From contig JBILLK010000001.1 of NCBI GenBank assembly GCA_044376115.1, forward strand, positions 64,001 to 128,000: 64,000 nucleotides of DNA, written 5' to 3'. A program made the translations under genes and the position numbers. Positions within the stretch are counted from its first letter, which is position 1. The number at the start of each line of letters is the position of its first letter. This DNA comes from Polyangiaceae bacterium. Its GTDB lineage: Bacteria > Myxococcota_A > Polyangia > Polyangiales > Polyangiaceae. The notes beneath the pieces are model-generated. The model made no database searches. It saw only the letters and a list, made by a program, of their open reading frames with translations, and was not told the DNA's origin. Positions 37,354-46,856 of this stretch are shown here, one piece after another.

Positions 37354-39528
37354 CTATTCACAAAACGCCCGCACGCCGCTGCCGCGTGCGACGAAGTCGA
37401 AGGACAATGCACGCTGTTCTTTGCTGGCGGCCATCGCAGTGCTGAGCCGTTTGCCGACCGTCGTCGCGCAAAGGACGGCTCTATCCGAGGCACCACCGGA
37501 GTCCTCCCAGCAGGCTTGCCCGCCGCCGCTCGAGCCGGGCCAGACCCGCAGCTTTATCGGCACGTTCACGTCAAACGGGTTCTCCCGTCCGCACGACGCT
37601 TCCCCGCTCTCGAGCCCACTCTGAATCGCTGCGATCTCAAGCCGAGATGCGGGCCGGGCACCGAGCCCCCACGAGTCGTTGCATGCAAATGCTTTGTTTT
37701 CACGCGGCTCCGTAGCCACTTCGGTGACCGCGATGGCCAAGCCAACACTGCGAAGTTTTCGCACGAGCTTGAGCGCGTCTTTGAGTCGCTGCAGCGGCAA
37801 TTCTCCCTCTGCGACGATCAACAAACCTGGCGCGCGCTCGTCGAGCACCGAGCTGAATCGAGCCAAGCCGGTGTCATCGAGTCGCTCCACCCCCCGCTTG
37901 CCCAAGATTGATACGTAGTAGGCGCTGTTCGTCACCACCCAAACCGTCGTGTCGTCGCGCCCGATCTCTTCAATCGGAGGTGAAACGAGCGCGATCGGCA
38001 CTTCCGTCTTCGACAGCCGAGCCCCGCCACCGAGGCTGAATCGAACCGTGGCGGGCTGGGCGAAAAGCGCATCGAGATCCGCCACAGCAGGTGGCAACCG
38101 TCCTGGACGAACAGCGCCCAAGCTCAACGAACTGTCGCGCATGAGACACGGCGCAAACGCCGTAGAAACTTGCTGACCTCGCTCGGCGAGATGCTGGGCA
38201 ACAGTAACCCCCGCAGCGTCAGCTCCCCGCGATTCAGCGCTCCCAGCGCGCAGCGCGCGCCGCTCTCGAGCGCCCAAGACGATCAGCATCGCTACGACCA
38301 CCACGCTGAGACCCAGCCCGATACCCAGCGCGATGCGGTGAGCCGGCTTCAGACTGGCGGGCGTCGCGGCCGTTATCGAAGTGGAAGGAGCCGAGCGAGG
38401 GGAGCCGACCGACTGCAACGGGGCCACGGCCGGAGAGCTTGCGGGAGGTGGTTGTCCGGCGTGGTCGCTCGGCACGGGTGCTGGCGGCATCGCGAGAGGC
38501 GCAACCACCGCGGGCAACGCTGGCTCGAAACTCGGCTGGCTCGGCTGGTGGGTAACACTCGACGCTGGCTCGACAGAACTCGGCCCGCTCGTAATGTCCC
38601 ACTGATCGAAGTTAGGCGGCTGCTGCGTCACCAGAGTCACTTCCGCTTGCAACGGCGCTGGGGTTTCAAACGGGACGAGGGCCTCAGCTAGCTCGAGCAC
38701 CGACGAAAACCGATCCGACCGGTTCTTCTTCAGAGCACGGTCGACCACCCATTCGAGCGCCTCAGGCGCAGCAGGAAGAAACTCACGCAACCGGCGCGCT
38801 GGATCGGCAGCGATTGCAGCCGTAACCGCGTGCGCCGACTCCCCCGCGAAGGGAGGCTGCCCGGTGATCAGCTCGAACAGCACTACGCCCAGCGCCCATA
38901 CGTCACTTCGAGCGTCGACATCGCGCAGCGCCCGCACTTGTTCGGGTGACATGTACAGCGGCGTACCCACCGTCACGTGGATCTGGGTCAGGTGAGCCGC
39001 CCCCAGATCGACCTTGGATACGCCGAAATCGATCACCTTGATGATGCCCGTGCCATTCGCTGATGCGGCAAGAAACAGGTTCTCTGGCTTGAGGTCGCGA
39101 TGAACGATGCCCGCGGCGTGAACGTCGGCGAGACCCATGCAAGCCTGCCGCACCCAGCCGACCGCGGTGTGAATCGGCACAGATCCGAGCTTGTCGAGCA
39201 AGCCGCCAAGATCGGTTCCTTCAAGCCATTCCATGGAGAGGAACGGCAAACCCAGCTCGGTCCGCCCGGTGTCGAAGACGCGCACGACATGCGGATTGTC
39301 CACGCGCGAGATGGCCACGCCTTCGCGGTGAATGCGCTCAACCACCTCGGGGACGTCGAGGATCTCCGGCCGGAGCACCTTCAGCGCGATCTTGTGCCCC
39401 CGTGCGCGGTCGAAGGCCTCGAACAAGACGCCCATCGCCCCTCCGCCTCGCGCTGCCAGAACGTGAAACCGCCCGAGGACTTCCTCGCCTGGCAAGGGCA
39501 AGCGGATGGCAGAGGCGGTCACGCACAT
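37354..39528 (-). CDS. Hanks-type Ser/Thr kinase with TM and extracellular domain
   Basis: GGGAMG, ALK, HRDLKPEN, DFG, GTPLYMSPEQ, DVWALG; Pro-rich linker and TM. Confidence 0.93.
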   Translation of the reverse strand: MCVTASAIRLPLPGEEVLGRFHVLAARGGGAMGVLFEAFDRARGHKIALKVLRPEILDVPEVVERIHREGVAISRVDNPHVVRVFDTGRTELGLPFLSMEWLEGTDLGGLLDKLGSVPIHTAVGWVRQACMGLADVHAAGIVHRDLKPENLFLAASANGTGIIKVIDFGVSKVDLGAAHLTQIHVTVGTPLYMSPEQVRALRDVDARSDVWALGVVLFELITGQPPFAGESAHAVTAAIAADPARRLREFLPAAPEALEWVVDRALKKNRSDRFSSVLELAEALVPFETPAPLQAEVTLVTQQPPNFDQWDITSGPSSVEPASSVTHQPSQPSFEPALPAVVAPLAMPPAPVPSDHAGQPPPASSPAVAPLQSVGSPRSAPSTSITAATPASLKPAHRIALGIGLGLSVVVVAMLIVLGARERRALRAGSAESRGADAAGVTVAQHLAERGQQVSTAFAPCLMRDSSLSLGAVRPGRLPPAVADLDALFAQPATVRFSLGGGARLSKTEVPIALVSPPIEEIGRDDTTVWVVTNSAYYVSILGKRGVERLDDTGLARFSSVLDERAPGLLIVAEGELPLQRLKDALKLVRKLRSVGLAIAVTEVATEPRENKAFACNDSWGLGARPASRLEIAAIQSGLESGEASCGRENPFDVNVPIKLRVWPGSSGGGQACWEDSGGASDRAVLCATTVGKRLSTAMAASKEQRALSFDFVARGSGVRAFCE

Positions 39529-39648
39529 CCTCGGTACGCGTGCACGCTGGCATCGTCAATGCCACCGAGGGCGATCAAAAGCTGCCGACAAGAACCCTAT
39601 GATCGCCGAAACATTGCTCACCGGCTCACAGCTTGACATGCTTGGCCC

Positions 39649-40242
39649 ATGCGTCTGGAAAAGCAGCTCATTGGGACCGCTACACTCCTTGCCGTACTCG
39701 GCTGTGGCGGAAGCAATGGAAAGCCCGACAACACCGCTTGGGAAACGCGTCAGGGCTTCAGAATGCCGGGCGTCAACGAAGAGGGCGAGGTTGACTTCGC
39801 GGCAAAGAGCACTCGATTTTCGGGCTTTGATTGGGTGGGTGTGCGGCACGATCTCGCGATCAATCCGAACTTGGAGCAGAAGACGCCCGAGTGCAGCTGC
39901 CTGGCAGTCGAGATGGGTGACCCGAACGATCCTCGGTTCGTTTGGCGCGGGCCCAAGCCGGATCTCAACCCCGTGAACGTGGCGATCGCCGTAAGCGCTT
40001 TCAACGTGGACTGTCCAGGCGGTTCCGCGAACAAAGCCGACCGTCGACCTTCGATCCGCGCGGTCGACCGCGTTGGGAAAGACGTCGTCATCGAAATTGA
40101 GGAGCTTCCTGCCGACCGCCCGGTCGCAACGGGCGCGATCATGCGTCCGCTCGAGCCAGGCGGGAACCTGTACGTCCGACCGCGCAACAAGAATCTCCCT
40201 TACGCGAAGATTTCGGGTAAGCAGCTCTGCCGCGTGAAGTGA
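39649..40242 (+). CDS. Hypothetical lipoprotein
   Basis: VLGC lipobox; clean ORF with a promoter-like upstream region. Confidence 0.75.
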   Translation: MRLEKQLIGTATLLAVLGCGGSNGKPDNTAWETRQGFRMPGVNEEGEVDFAAKSTRFSGFDWVGVRHDLAINPNLEQKTPECSCLAVEMGDPNDPRFVWRGPKPDLNPVNVAIAVSAFNVDCPGGSANKADRRPSIRAVDRVGKDVVIEIEELPADRPVATGAIMRPLEPGGNLYVRPRNKNLPYAKISGKQLCRVK

Positions 40243-40262
40243 CCGTGGAGTAGAGTGGCTGG

Positions 40263-41849
40263 GTGACAACACCCGGCGAACCTGAGTTCAGCGAGCCGCT
40301 CGAACTCGCATTGCTCGCGCCCTTTCGAGCGCCCGGTCGCGAGGCCGTCTTTCGCCCTGATACAGCCCCTAGTTCGAGCGGGCTCATAGTGGAAGGCGCA
40401 CTGCTCGCGGCGGCCCGTGTGGTCGGCGTCGGCGATGGCGCCACGGTCATCCTGCTGCAGCCTCGGCTCGATCTCGAGCTGCTCATGTGCGAGGCCGTTT
40501 CGATCGCCGAGAGTTGTTTTGGGGTATCGGCCTCGCGGTTCCAGAACTTGTTGCCGCGCTTGCCAGCTCCTGAAGCCATCGCCGAGCTGTTGCGCTCAAT
40601 CGCCCTATCGAACGATGCCTCGCTACCGCCGCCTTCCCTCGAGCGCGCACTCAGCGTTTTGGCGCTACTGCGGCGCAGGAACCGACAAGCAACGCTCCAT
40701 GTACGTTTGCTCGAAGCCGAGCTTCGCTTCCACACCGCAGATAGCCGGGACTTGCGGACCGGCAGCTGGCCGGGCCCGGTGGCGCATTCGCACTCACCGG
40801 GGCTAATCACGCGCTCGCTGCGGCCGGAAACGGTGGAGCTACCCGAGGTCGCCACGGCGATCCAGACGTTGTTCAACGATCTCGAATTACGCGCCAAACG
40901 GCCGATTCGTGGCACCTTCGCATCGACCGCCGACAACCAGGTCTTCCCGGTCCACCTCGTGCCCGCTAAACGAGTGGGCCTCGCGTCGTTCGCGCTCGCC
41001 GCGCAGCTGCTCGACCAGGGCCGCATCAAGCCGAGCGATCTCCCCTCGATCATCGATGAGGCCGACCTCACCGTCGCAGCGCCATTGGAGCTCGATCTGA
41101 CGAGCGCGCGCATCCTCGTGGCCGGGATCGGAGCTGGGCCGGGAACGGCGCATGGCCGAGCGTGCCTGTCGCTAAACGAGGCACGGCAGCAGGGCGCCGC
41201 CGATTCGGAGGGCATCATCTTGTTCGTGCATGAGGTGACCAAAGATGACGCCGATGCGCTGCGCGCAGCCGCCGGCATCGTCACGGTGCGCGGCGGATTG
41301 ACGGGCGAGGCCGCTGTGATGGCTCGCGCGCTATCAAAGCCGTGCATCGCCTCGGGTTCGGCGATGACGCTGACCGAGAGTGAGGTGCGCGGTGGCGGAG
41401 CCACCATTCGGCCTGGAGACGCCATCACCTTGGACGGAAAGACGGGCCTCATCGTGGCCGGCTTCGTACCGCGCAAGCTCGGTTCACTGAGCCCGGAGGT
41501 GGCTCGGGTGCTCGCGTTGCTGCCGAATGAGAACGTGCTCGTGCGCAGCAGGACCGCCGCCGACGTAGCCACGGCCAAGAACCTCGGCGCCGGCGGCGTT
41601 TTCCTCGAAAGCGACGAGCAGAGCGTTCTTGAAGCGGCCCATCGGCTCGCTCTACCCGTATTCGCGCGAGAGCCGCTCAGCGCTGCTCTTCAAACGGCTG
41701 CGCAGCAGCTGAACATTCAGCTACGAACGCTCGAAGTACCAGCCGGCCCAGGCCGAAAAGACGTAGCTGGCTTCCAGGTTTGTGAGCCGGATGACACGTT
41801 GAGCACGCGACTAGCGGCGCTCGCCACGAGCGGCGACGAACCAGCCTGA
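40263..41849 (+). CDS. Degenerate pyruvate phosphate dikinase-like protein (PEP-utilising mobile domain)
   Basis: GIGAGPGTAHG, AAAGIVTVRGGLTGEAAVMARALSKPC, GDAITLDGKTG. Confidence 0.82.
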   Translation: MTTPGEPEFSEPLELALLAPFRAPGREAVFRPDTAPSSSGLIVEGALLAAARVVGVGDGATVILLQPRLDLELLMCEAVSIAESCFGVSASRFQNLLPRLPAPEAIAELLRSIALSNDASLPPPSLERALSVLALLRRRNRQATLHVRLLEAELRFHTADSRDLRTGSWPGPVAHSHSPGLITRSLRPETVELPEVATAIQTLFNDLELRAKRPIRGTFASTADNQVFPVHLVPAKRVGLASFALAAQLLDQGRIKPSDLPSIIDEADLTVAAPLELDLTSARILVAGIGAGPGTAHGRACLSLNEARQQGAADSEGIILFVHEVTKDDADALRAAAGIVTVRGGLTGEAAVMARALSKPCIASGSAMTLTESEVRGGGATIRPGDAITLDGKTGLIVAGFVPRKLGSLSPEVARVLALLPNENVLVRSRTAADVATAKNLGAGGVFLESDEQSVLEAAHRLALPVFAREPLSAALQTAAQQLNIQLRTLEVPAGPGRKDVAGFQVCEPDDTLSTRLAALATSGDEPA

Positions 41850-41872
41850 CGCTCGCGCGCGCCAACGAGTCA

Positions 41873-41901
41873 TTTACAGACGGCATCTCGCGTTGCACCC
41901 T
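41873..41901 (+). promoter_or_regulatory. Candidate sigma70 promoter for leaderless pspA
   Basis: TTTACA-N17-CACCCT-N6-ATG. Confidence 0.5.
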
Positions 41902-41907
41902 AGGCCC

Positions 41908-42618
41908 ATGGGCATCTTCGACCGCATGGGCAAAGTCATCTCGAGCAACATGAACGCCCTCCTCGACAAGGCGGAAGATCCGGGCAAGTCGGTCGAGTTC
42001 TTGGTCGAAGAAATGAAGGACCAGGTCAAGGCCGGGCGCAAAGAGCTGGTCGAGGGCTTGGCCGCCGAAAAGGTCCTGCGCAAAAAGGTCGAAGACTTCG
42101 ACGTTGAAGTCGAAAAGTGGGAGAAGCGCGCGGAGCTCGCGCTCAAAGCCGACGATGAGAAGCTCGCACGCGAGGCTCTTACGCAGAAGAAGCGCGTCGT
42201 TGGAGAACGTGACCGCGCCGAGTCCCTGCGCGCCGAGCAGCGTGCAGCCGTCCTCAGCATGAAGGCCGAGCTCGAGCGCATGGAAGCGAAGCAGCAAGAG
42301 TACGAGGCCCGCAAAGGAACGATCGCGACCCAGCTCAAACAGGCTCGGGCCGGCGGTGGAGCAGAGGGTCTCGGCGCCAAAGGCAATGGAGGCGCGTTCG
42401 ATGAGTTTCGTCGGATGGAGGCCAAGATCGAGCATCACGTCGAGGAAGCCGCGGCCCGCCGCGAAGTGGACGACGCGCTCGGTGGCGGCACCGATGAGGC
42501 CGCACTCGAAGCGAAGTTCCGTCGGCTCGAGGGCTCGGCACCCAGCGAGGGCGGACCAACGCCGGAGCTCGACGACGAGATATCGCGGCTCAAAAAGAAG
42601 ATTCGCATCGGCACCTGA
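41908..42618 (+). CDS. pspA: PspA/IM30-family protein
   Basis: MGIFDRMGKVISSNMNALLDKAEDP, A.LAL....E.LAREAL, FDEFRRME.KI; coiled-coil. Confidence 0.93.
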   Translation: MGIFDRMGKVISSNMNALLDKAEDPGKSVEFLVEEMKDQVKAGRKELVEGLAAEKVLRKKVEDFDVEVEKWEKRAELALKADDEKLAREALTQKKRVVGERDRAESLRAEQRAAVLSMKAELERMEAKQQEYEARKGTIATQLKQARAGGGAEGLGAKGNGGAFDEFRRMEAKIEHHVEEAAARREVDDALGGGTDEAALEAKFRRLEGSAPSEGGPTPELDDEISRLKKKIRIGT

Positions 42619-42626
42619 GGACCCCT

Positions 42627-43652
42627 GTGACCGAGGCCGTCGTCGTGAGTTTTCGCTGGTCCGCGCTCGAGACCCCTGAGCGCGCCGTTGCGCGCGCCCG
42701 AGCTGCGGCGGTGGAGGCCGCCGAGCTTGGCGGTCGGCTAGCGGGGTTTGGCGGCTTTGAGGTCGCGTTCCGTTTCGATGCCGAGGAGATCGAAGCAGCG
42801 GCGCTGTTCGCGCGCAGCGTGGTTCAGCGCATCCCGTCGCTTGGTCGAGCAGGCATGGCGCGCGGCGCTGTGGCCGCTTTCGAAACGGAGGACGGCCTGA
42901 ATCAGCTCGCCTGGGGTGAGCCCCTCGTGATCGCGGCCGCACTCGCGCGCCTCGCAGAGCTTGGTTCGGTGTTGCTCTTGGAGGACCTCGCCAAAGAGTT
43001 CCCGCATGCGCTGCAAAGCGGTGGCCCCGGCCGGGAGCTTCCGTTCGCGGGGCGAACCCGAGCCACGGTGAAGCTCGAGGCGCTCTCCTTCGAGGCTGAT
43101 TCCGCGGTGATCGAAGAAGCTCCCAATCTCTCGGAGACAGCCCAAGTGCGAGCGGCGCCAGTGATGTCGCCGTCCACGTTTCCCCCAGCCGCAGATCCTC
43201 CGCGGCGCAGTCACACCGGCTCGTACGAAATGCTCGAATTAGCGCGCAGCGCGCTGCTGCGCAGCGACTCCGTTTCGCTCGATACGGCGGTCTCGGAGCT
43301 CAACCTCTCGGCGCAAAACAAAGAGATCGTTGAACGTTTGGCCGGCGTTCTGGCGATGACCCGTGGTGCCAATGAGGAGGGCCTGCGCGTGCTCCGGCGC
43401 GCAGCCGAAACCGAGCAAACCGACGACAAACGCGCACGGGCGGTGCTGGCCTACGCGATCGGTGTCGCAGCCGCGGGCCGTCACGAAGAAGCGCTGCTCG
43501 AAGCTCTCAGCGCGCTCTCGATCACGAGGCAAAGCCAAGATCCAAGCGGAGAACGGGCCTGCGCCAGGTTCCTTGCGCAGCTCGCATTTGCCAACGGCCA
43601 CGTGGACGCAGCGAGCGCGTGGGAACACGTGGCTCAGCGCGCCGCGGATTGA
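42627..43652 (+). CDS. Degenerate class III cyclase-like domain + helical/TPR-like domain
   Basis: GGRLAGFGGFEVAFRF..RAGMARG..WGEPLVIAAALARLAELGSVLL follows the cyclase fold pattern; Ala-rich helical C-terminus. Confidence 0.6.
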   Translation: MTEAVVVSFRWSALETPERAVARARAAAVEAAELGGRLAGFGGFEVAFRFDAEEIEAAALFARSVVQRIPSLGRAGMARGAVAAFETEDGLNQLAWGEPLVIAAALARLAELGSVLLLEDLAKEFPHALQSGGPGRELPFAGRTRATVKLEALSFEADSAVIEEAPNLSETAQVRAAPVMSPSTFPPAADPPRRSHTGSYEMLELARSALLRSDSVSLDTAVSELNLSAQNKEIVERLAGVLAMTRGANEEGLRVLRRAAETEQTDDKRARAVLAYAIGVAAAGRHEEALLEALSALSITRQSQDPSGERACARFLAQLAFANGHVDAASAWEHVAQRAAD

Positions 43653-43664
43653 TAATCTTTGCGC

Positions 43665-44336
43665 GTGGACGCTGAAGTTTGTCTCGGGTGCGGCGGTGTT
43701 GTTGATCCTATCGCGGCCGAGCGATGCACCTGCCCACCGCCTTCGATTCAACCGCGCAGCCACACCGAGGCGCCTACCAGCTATCGCAACGGGCCGGTGC
43801 TGAGTCCGTGTCCGCGCTGTCGCGGGCGGCTCAACATCAAGCGATACCTCGATGCGGACGTGGTCGAGTGCCTGCAGTGCTGTGGGATTTTCCTCTCGCG
43901 AGAGATGGTGGAGAAGCTCGACGGTCCGTTTGGCGGTGCGTTTCGCATCGCCTTCCCGCGCAGACCAGCGCCCGAGCTAGGTCCCGTCAGCTACATCCCT
44001 TGTTTGGGCTGCGGGACACGAATGAATCGCAAGGTGTTCGCCCAAATAAGCGGAGTCATCGTGGACGTGTGCAAAGAGCATGGCGTTTGGTTCGACGCCG
44101 GTGAAGTTGCAGCCATCGTGGCCTTCATCGATGCCGGCGGTTTGAAGACCGCTGAAGCGCGTGAGACGCAGAAGCGCGCCAACGAACGGAAGGCTTTGCA
44201 GCGGCAATTTCAGGTGGTTCACGCAGAGTCAGCGCGCGCGCTGGCGAACATGTACAGCCACCAAGGTCGGGGCGGGCCCGGGGTGGACGCGATGCACACC
44301 CTCGTGGGCATCGACTTCGGTGGCCTCTTTGGCTGA
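43665..44336 (+). CDS. zf-TFIIB Zn-ribbon repeat protein
   Basis: CPRC..ECLQCCGIFL, CLGC..VDVCKEHGVWFDAGE. Confidence 0.85.
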   Translation: MDAEVCLGCGGVVDPIAAERCTCPPPSIQPRSHTEAPTSYRNGPVLSPCPRCRGRLNIKRYLDADVVECLQCCGIFLSREMVEKLDGPFGGAFRIAFPRRPAPELGPVSYIPCLGCGTRMNRKVFAQISGVIVDVCKEHGVWFDAGEVAAIVAFIDAGGLKTAEARETQKRANERKALQRQFQVVHAESARALANMYSHQGRGGPGVDAMHTLVGIDFGGLFG

Positions 44337-44515
44337 GCCGAGGCCGCGGAAGCCATCCCCCCAGCTCATGAGGGTTGCAGCGCGCAGCGAATCTGCGGAC
44401 ACTCGGCGCAGTCATGAGCAACTCGTCCAAAAACTGGACGCGCGCTAAAGCAACCGGCATCGTTAAGGGCGTAAAAATGGCCAGCGTGCAGACATCCAGG
44501 GAGCCGAAGTCGCCA

Positions 44516-44890
44516 ATGATGAGGGGTTGTGTAGCCGTCCTCGGGTTCTTGATCGTTGGGCTGGGGATTACCTCACCTGGGTGTCTTCCCACGCTGCCTG
44601 CGATCCCGACTATCGCACCTGTGGCGCCCGAGCTTCAGATCCCGCAGGCCCCTGAGCTCAAGATTCCCGAGTTCACGCCGCCTACCGTTGAACCCCCCGA
44701 GGGGCCCGAGCTGCCCGCCAAGCCGCCCGAGGGCGAGGGCAACTGCTGTATTCGCAAGGGCAACCTGCTCAAGAAAGAGTGTGAAGGGGCGATGAGCTGC
44801 TGCGTCGACAAGTTCGAGGACGCTGGCGATTGCGAAGAAGTTGAAGGCCTCTGGTTCTTCTCTAAAGAAGGTTGCGCGGGCGCCTGCTAG
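44516..44890 (+). CDS. Small Pro-rich, Cys-rich lipoprotein
   Basis: Hydrophobic N-terminus ending SPGC, Pro-rich stalk, NCC..C..SCC..C..C..C tail; start uncertain. Confidence 0.7.
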   Translation: MMRGCVAVLGFLIVGLGITSPGCLPTLPAIPTIAPVAPELQIPQAPELKIPEFTPPTVEPPEGPELPAKPPEGEGNCCIRKGNLLKKECEGAMSCCVDKFEDAGDCEEVEGLWFFSKEGCAGAC

Positions 44891-44941
44891 CAAGGGTAGT
44901 GCAATGGCTGCAAAGCCGTGCGAACCTTTCCCCTGAAACCA

Positions 44942-46057
44942 ATGGCAAACTCTCGCGAATTTAACCTCGACGCCGTCCGCACGGATGGTTGGTTCGAGCG
45001 CATTGGCGAAGGCATCGGGAGCTTTCAAGCCCTGTGCGAGATCGTCGGCGAGACCTTCTTTGCCTTCTCGATGATCACCGGCGCGAGGATCACAGCGCTA
45101 ACGGTCGATCGTCGGAACCCCGACAACACGCTCGTCGACTTCGTGGTGGGCGCCGCGCCCGATGACGACACCACCGACGCTCAACAGCTGAAGTTGGCAG
45201 ACTTTCGCACCCGCTTGGTCGGTGCCTTGCTCACCGACGACATCTCGCCCCCCGCGCCAGCGGCAGAGGACGTGGAAGCGATCCAGCAGCACATCGGCGT
45301 CCGCTACCTGCTGCTCGCGCCGATCTACGGCTACTCCTTGCGCAAACTCACCGTGACGGGTTCGCACTCGCTGCTCACCCTGCTCCATGACGGTGAAGAA
45401 GAATCGCTCGAGCTGACCGAGTTCCGAGCCCACATCCGCGCGCACGTCCGTGAAGAGCTCGAGCGGGCTTCAGCCGGCCACCGCAGCGCCATTGACCTAA
45501 CCAAGGTGGGTGAAGCCGAGCTCGCCGCCGAGAGCGGCGACTATTCGCGCGTGGTGCAGCTGCTCGCCGCTTGGCCGGCTCCGCTGGCAATCTTCCTGCG
45601 CACGCCCGAAGGGCAAATGCTCGCGCCGGAAGCGCGCTCGCTGATCGCCAAGGGCCTCGGCCTGCTCGGTAGCGCCTGCGTTGAACTGGGCGAGCCGCAG
45701 CAAGGCGAGGAAGTGCTCCGCCTCGGCATCCAGTACGCTCAGGATGGCCCGGTCGCGAGCGACCTCTTCCGCAGGCTTGGGCAAGCCATGCTTTCGACCG
45801 GCCGCCCCGGCGAGGCCATCGGACCGCTGCGCAGAGCCATCAGCCTCGGGGCCTCCCCCAAGGTCGTCTGGCCGATGCTGACGAAGGTGTTCGTCGAGCG
45901 CGAGCGTTATCTCGCCGCCCTGCACTGCGCCCGTGAAGCACGCGCCGCCGGCGTTGAAGAGCCGGAGCTCGTCAGCGAGATGCAGCTGATCGAACAGAAG
46001 CTCGGCAGCGCCCTGACGAAGTGGCGCGGTCTGCTGATCACGTCGAGAAACGGCTAG
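44942..46057 (+). CDS. TPR-containing protein
   Basis: C-terminal LG.A....G....A...LRRA TPR patterns; unknown N-terminal domain. Confidence 0.75.
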   Translation: MANSREFNLDAVRTDGWFERIGEGIGSFQALCEIVGETFFAFSMITGARITALTVDRRNPDNTLVDFVVGAAPDDDTTDAQQLKLADFRTRLVGALLTDDISPPAPAAEDVEAIQQHIGVRYLLLAPIYGYSLRKLTVTGSHSLLTLLHDGEEESLELTEFRAHIRAHVREELERASAGHRSAIDLTKVGEAELAAESGDYSRVVQLLAAWPAPLAIFLRTPEGQMLAPEARSLIAKGLGLLGSACVELGEPQQGEEVLRLGIQYAQDGPVASDLFRRLGQAMLSTGRPGEAIGPLRRAISLGASPKVVWPMLTKVFVERERYLAALHCAREARAAGVEEPELVSEMQLIEQKLGSALTKWRGLLITSRNG

Positions 46058-46850
46058 CCTCTCCTGAAGGAGTTACACTTGTGCCTCGTGCGGCCTGCTC
46101 ACGTATGGCCTCATAGTCGCTAAATTCGGTACCGAGCGCTCGATCGAGGACTCGCACGAAGAGGCCGTAGTGACCTGCTAGCCGCACGTGATGCAGCGAG
46201 TGAAAGGCGGTCCCGATGAACACTGCCCCCAGTAGGGACCGCCCAAAGGCTCGCGGCGTCAGCTCGACGTTGCTGTGCGCCGCGACGTTTAATATGTAAT
46301 TCAGCCACAGGTAAATCTCGAGGCCGCGGATGGATACCGGCACGAATTGATTGACCAGTACCGCCGCACCGACGGTCCCCGCGAGCAGCACCAAACGCTC
46401 GAGGACGGAGAATGAGAGCGCCGAGAGTGGCTGGGTTACGCGCGCAACATGATGTTGGCGATGAATCCAGAACAGCGCGCGCGTGTGAAACAGGCGATGG
46501 GTTACGTAAAACCAAATCTCAAACCACACGAACATCAGCAAGAAGGAAGCGGTGACCCACAGCGCACCGTCCAACGTCGGTGAAGCGGTGATCGTTTGCA
46601 GCAATTGGGCATGCAAGACCAGCGCAATAATCACTGCATCCACGGCGACGACGCCGAGCGCGGCGACCAGCTCCTTACGCAGCTGGGAGGACGAGATGGC
46701 CCCTTGCACCACCGCTCGCCGCCGCGCCCACCGCGTATTGCATAGTAGGGTCGCGATGACCGTCACCACGGCGCCGCGAGCGACCAGCATCCCCAAGAGG
46801 AAGAGCGCGCTGCGCACGGTCCCGGGGGTCAACGGTAGCTGCAGGTCCAT
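46038..46850 (-). CDS. Sterol desaturase / fatty acid hydroxylase-family protein
   Basis: His boxes FYVTHRLFH, IHRQHH, HSN, FHSLHH..HYG; TM segments. Confidence 0.9.
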   Translation of the reverse strand: MDLQLPLTPGTVRSALFLLGMLVARGAVVTVIATLLCNTRWARRRAVVQGAISSSQLRKELVAALGVVAVDAVIIALVLHAQLLQTITASPTLDGALWVTASFLLMFVWFEIWFYVTHRLFHTRALFWIHRQHHVARVTQPLSALSFSVLERLVLLAGTVGAAVLVNQFVPVSIRGLEIYLWLNYILNVAAHSNVELTPRAFGRSLLGAVFIGTAFHSLHHVRLAGHYGLFVRVLDRALGTEFSDYEAIREQAARGTSVTPSGEASRFST

Positions 46851-46856
46851 TGGCAG

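Noticed and set aside
41881..41897. Sigma54-like site upstream of pspA (CGGCATCTCGCGTTGCA)
   Set aside because: GG to GC spacing is 11 nt, not the required 10; a sigma70-like reading fits better
40139..42942. Long minus-strand ORFs of 479 and 421 aa
   Set aside because: Antisense to the PPDK-like gene and pspA; no recognisable motifs
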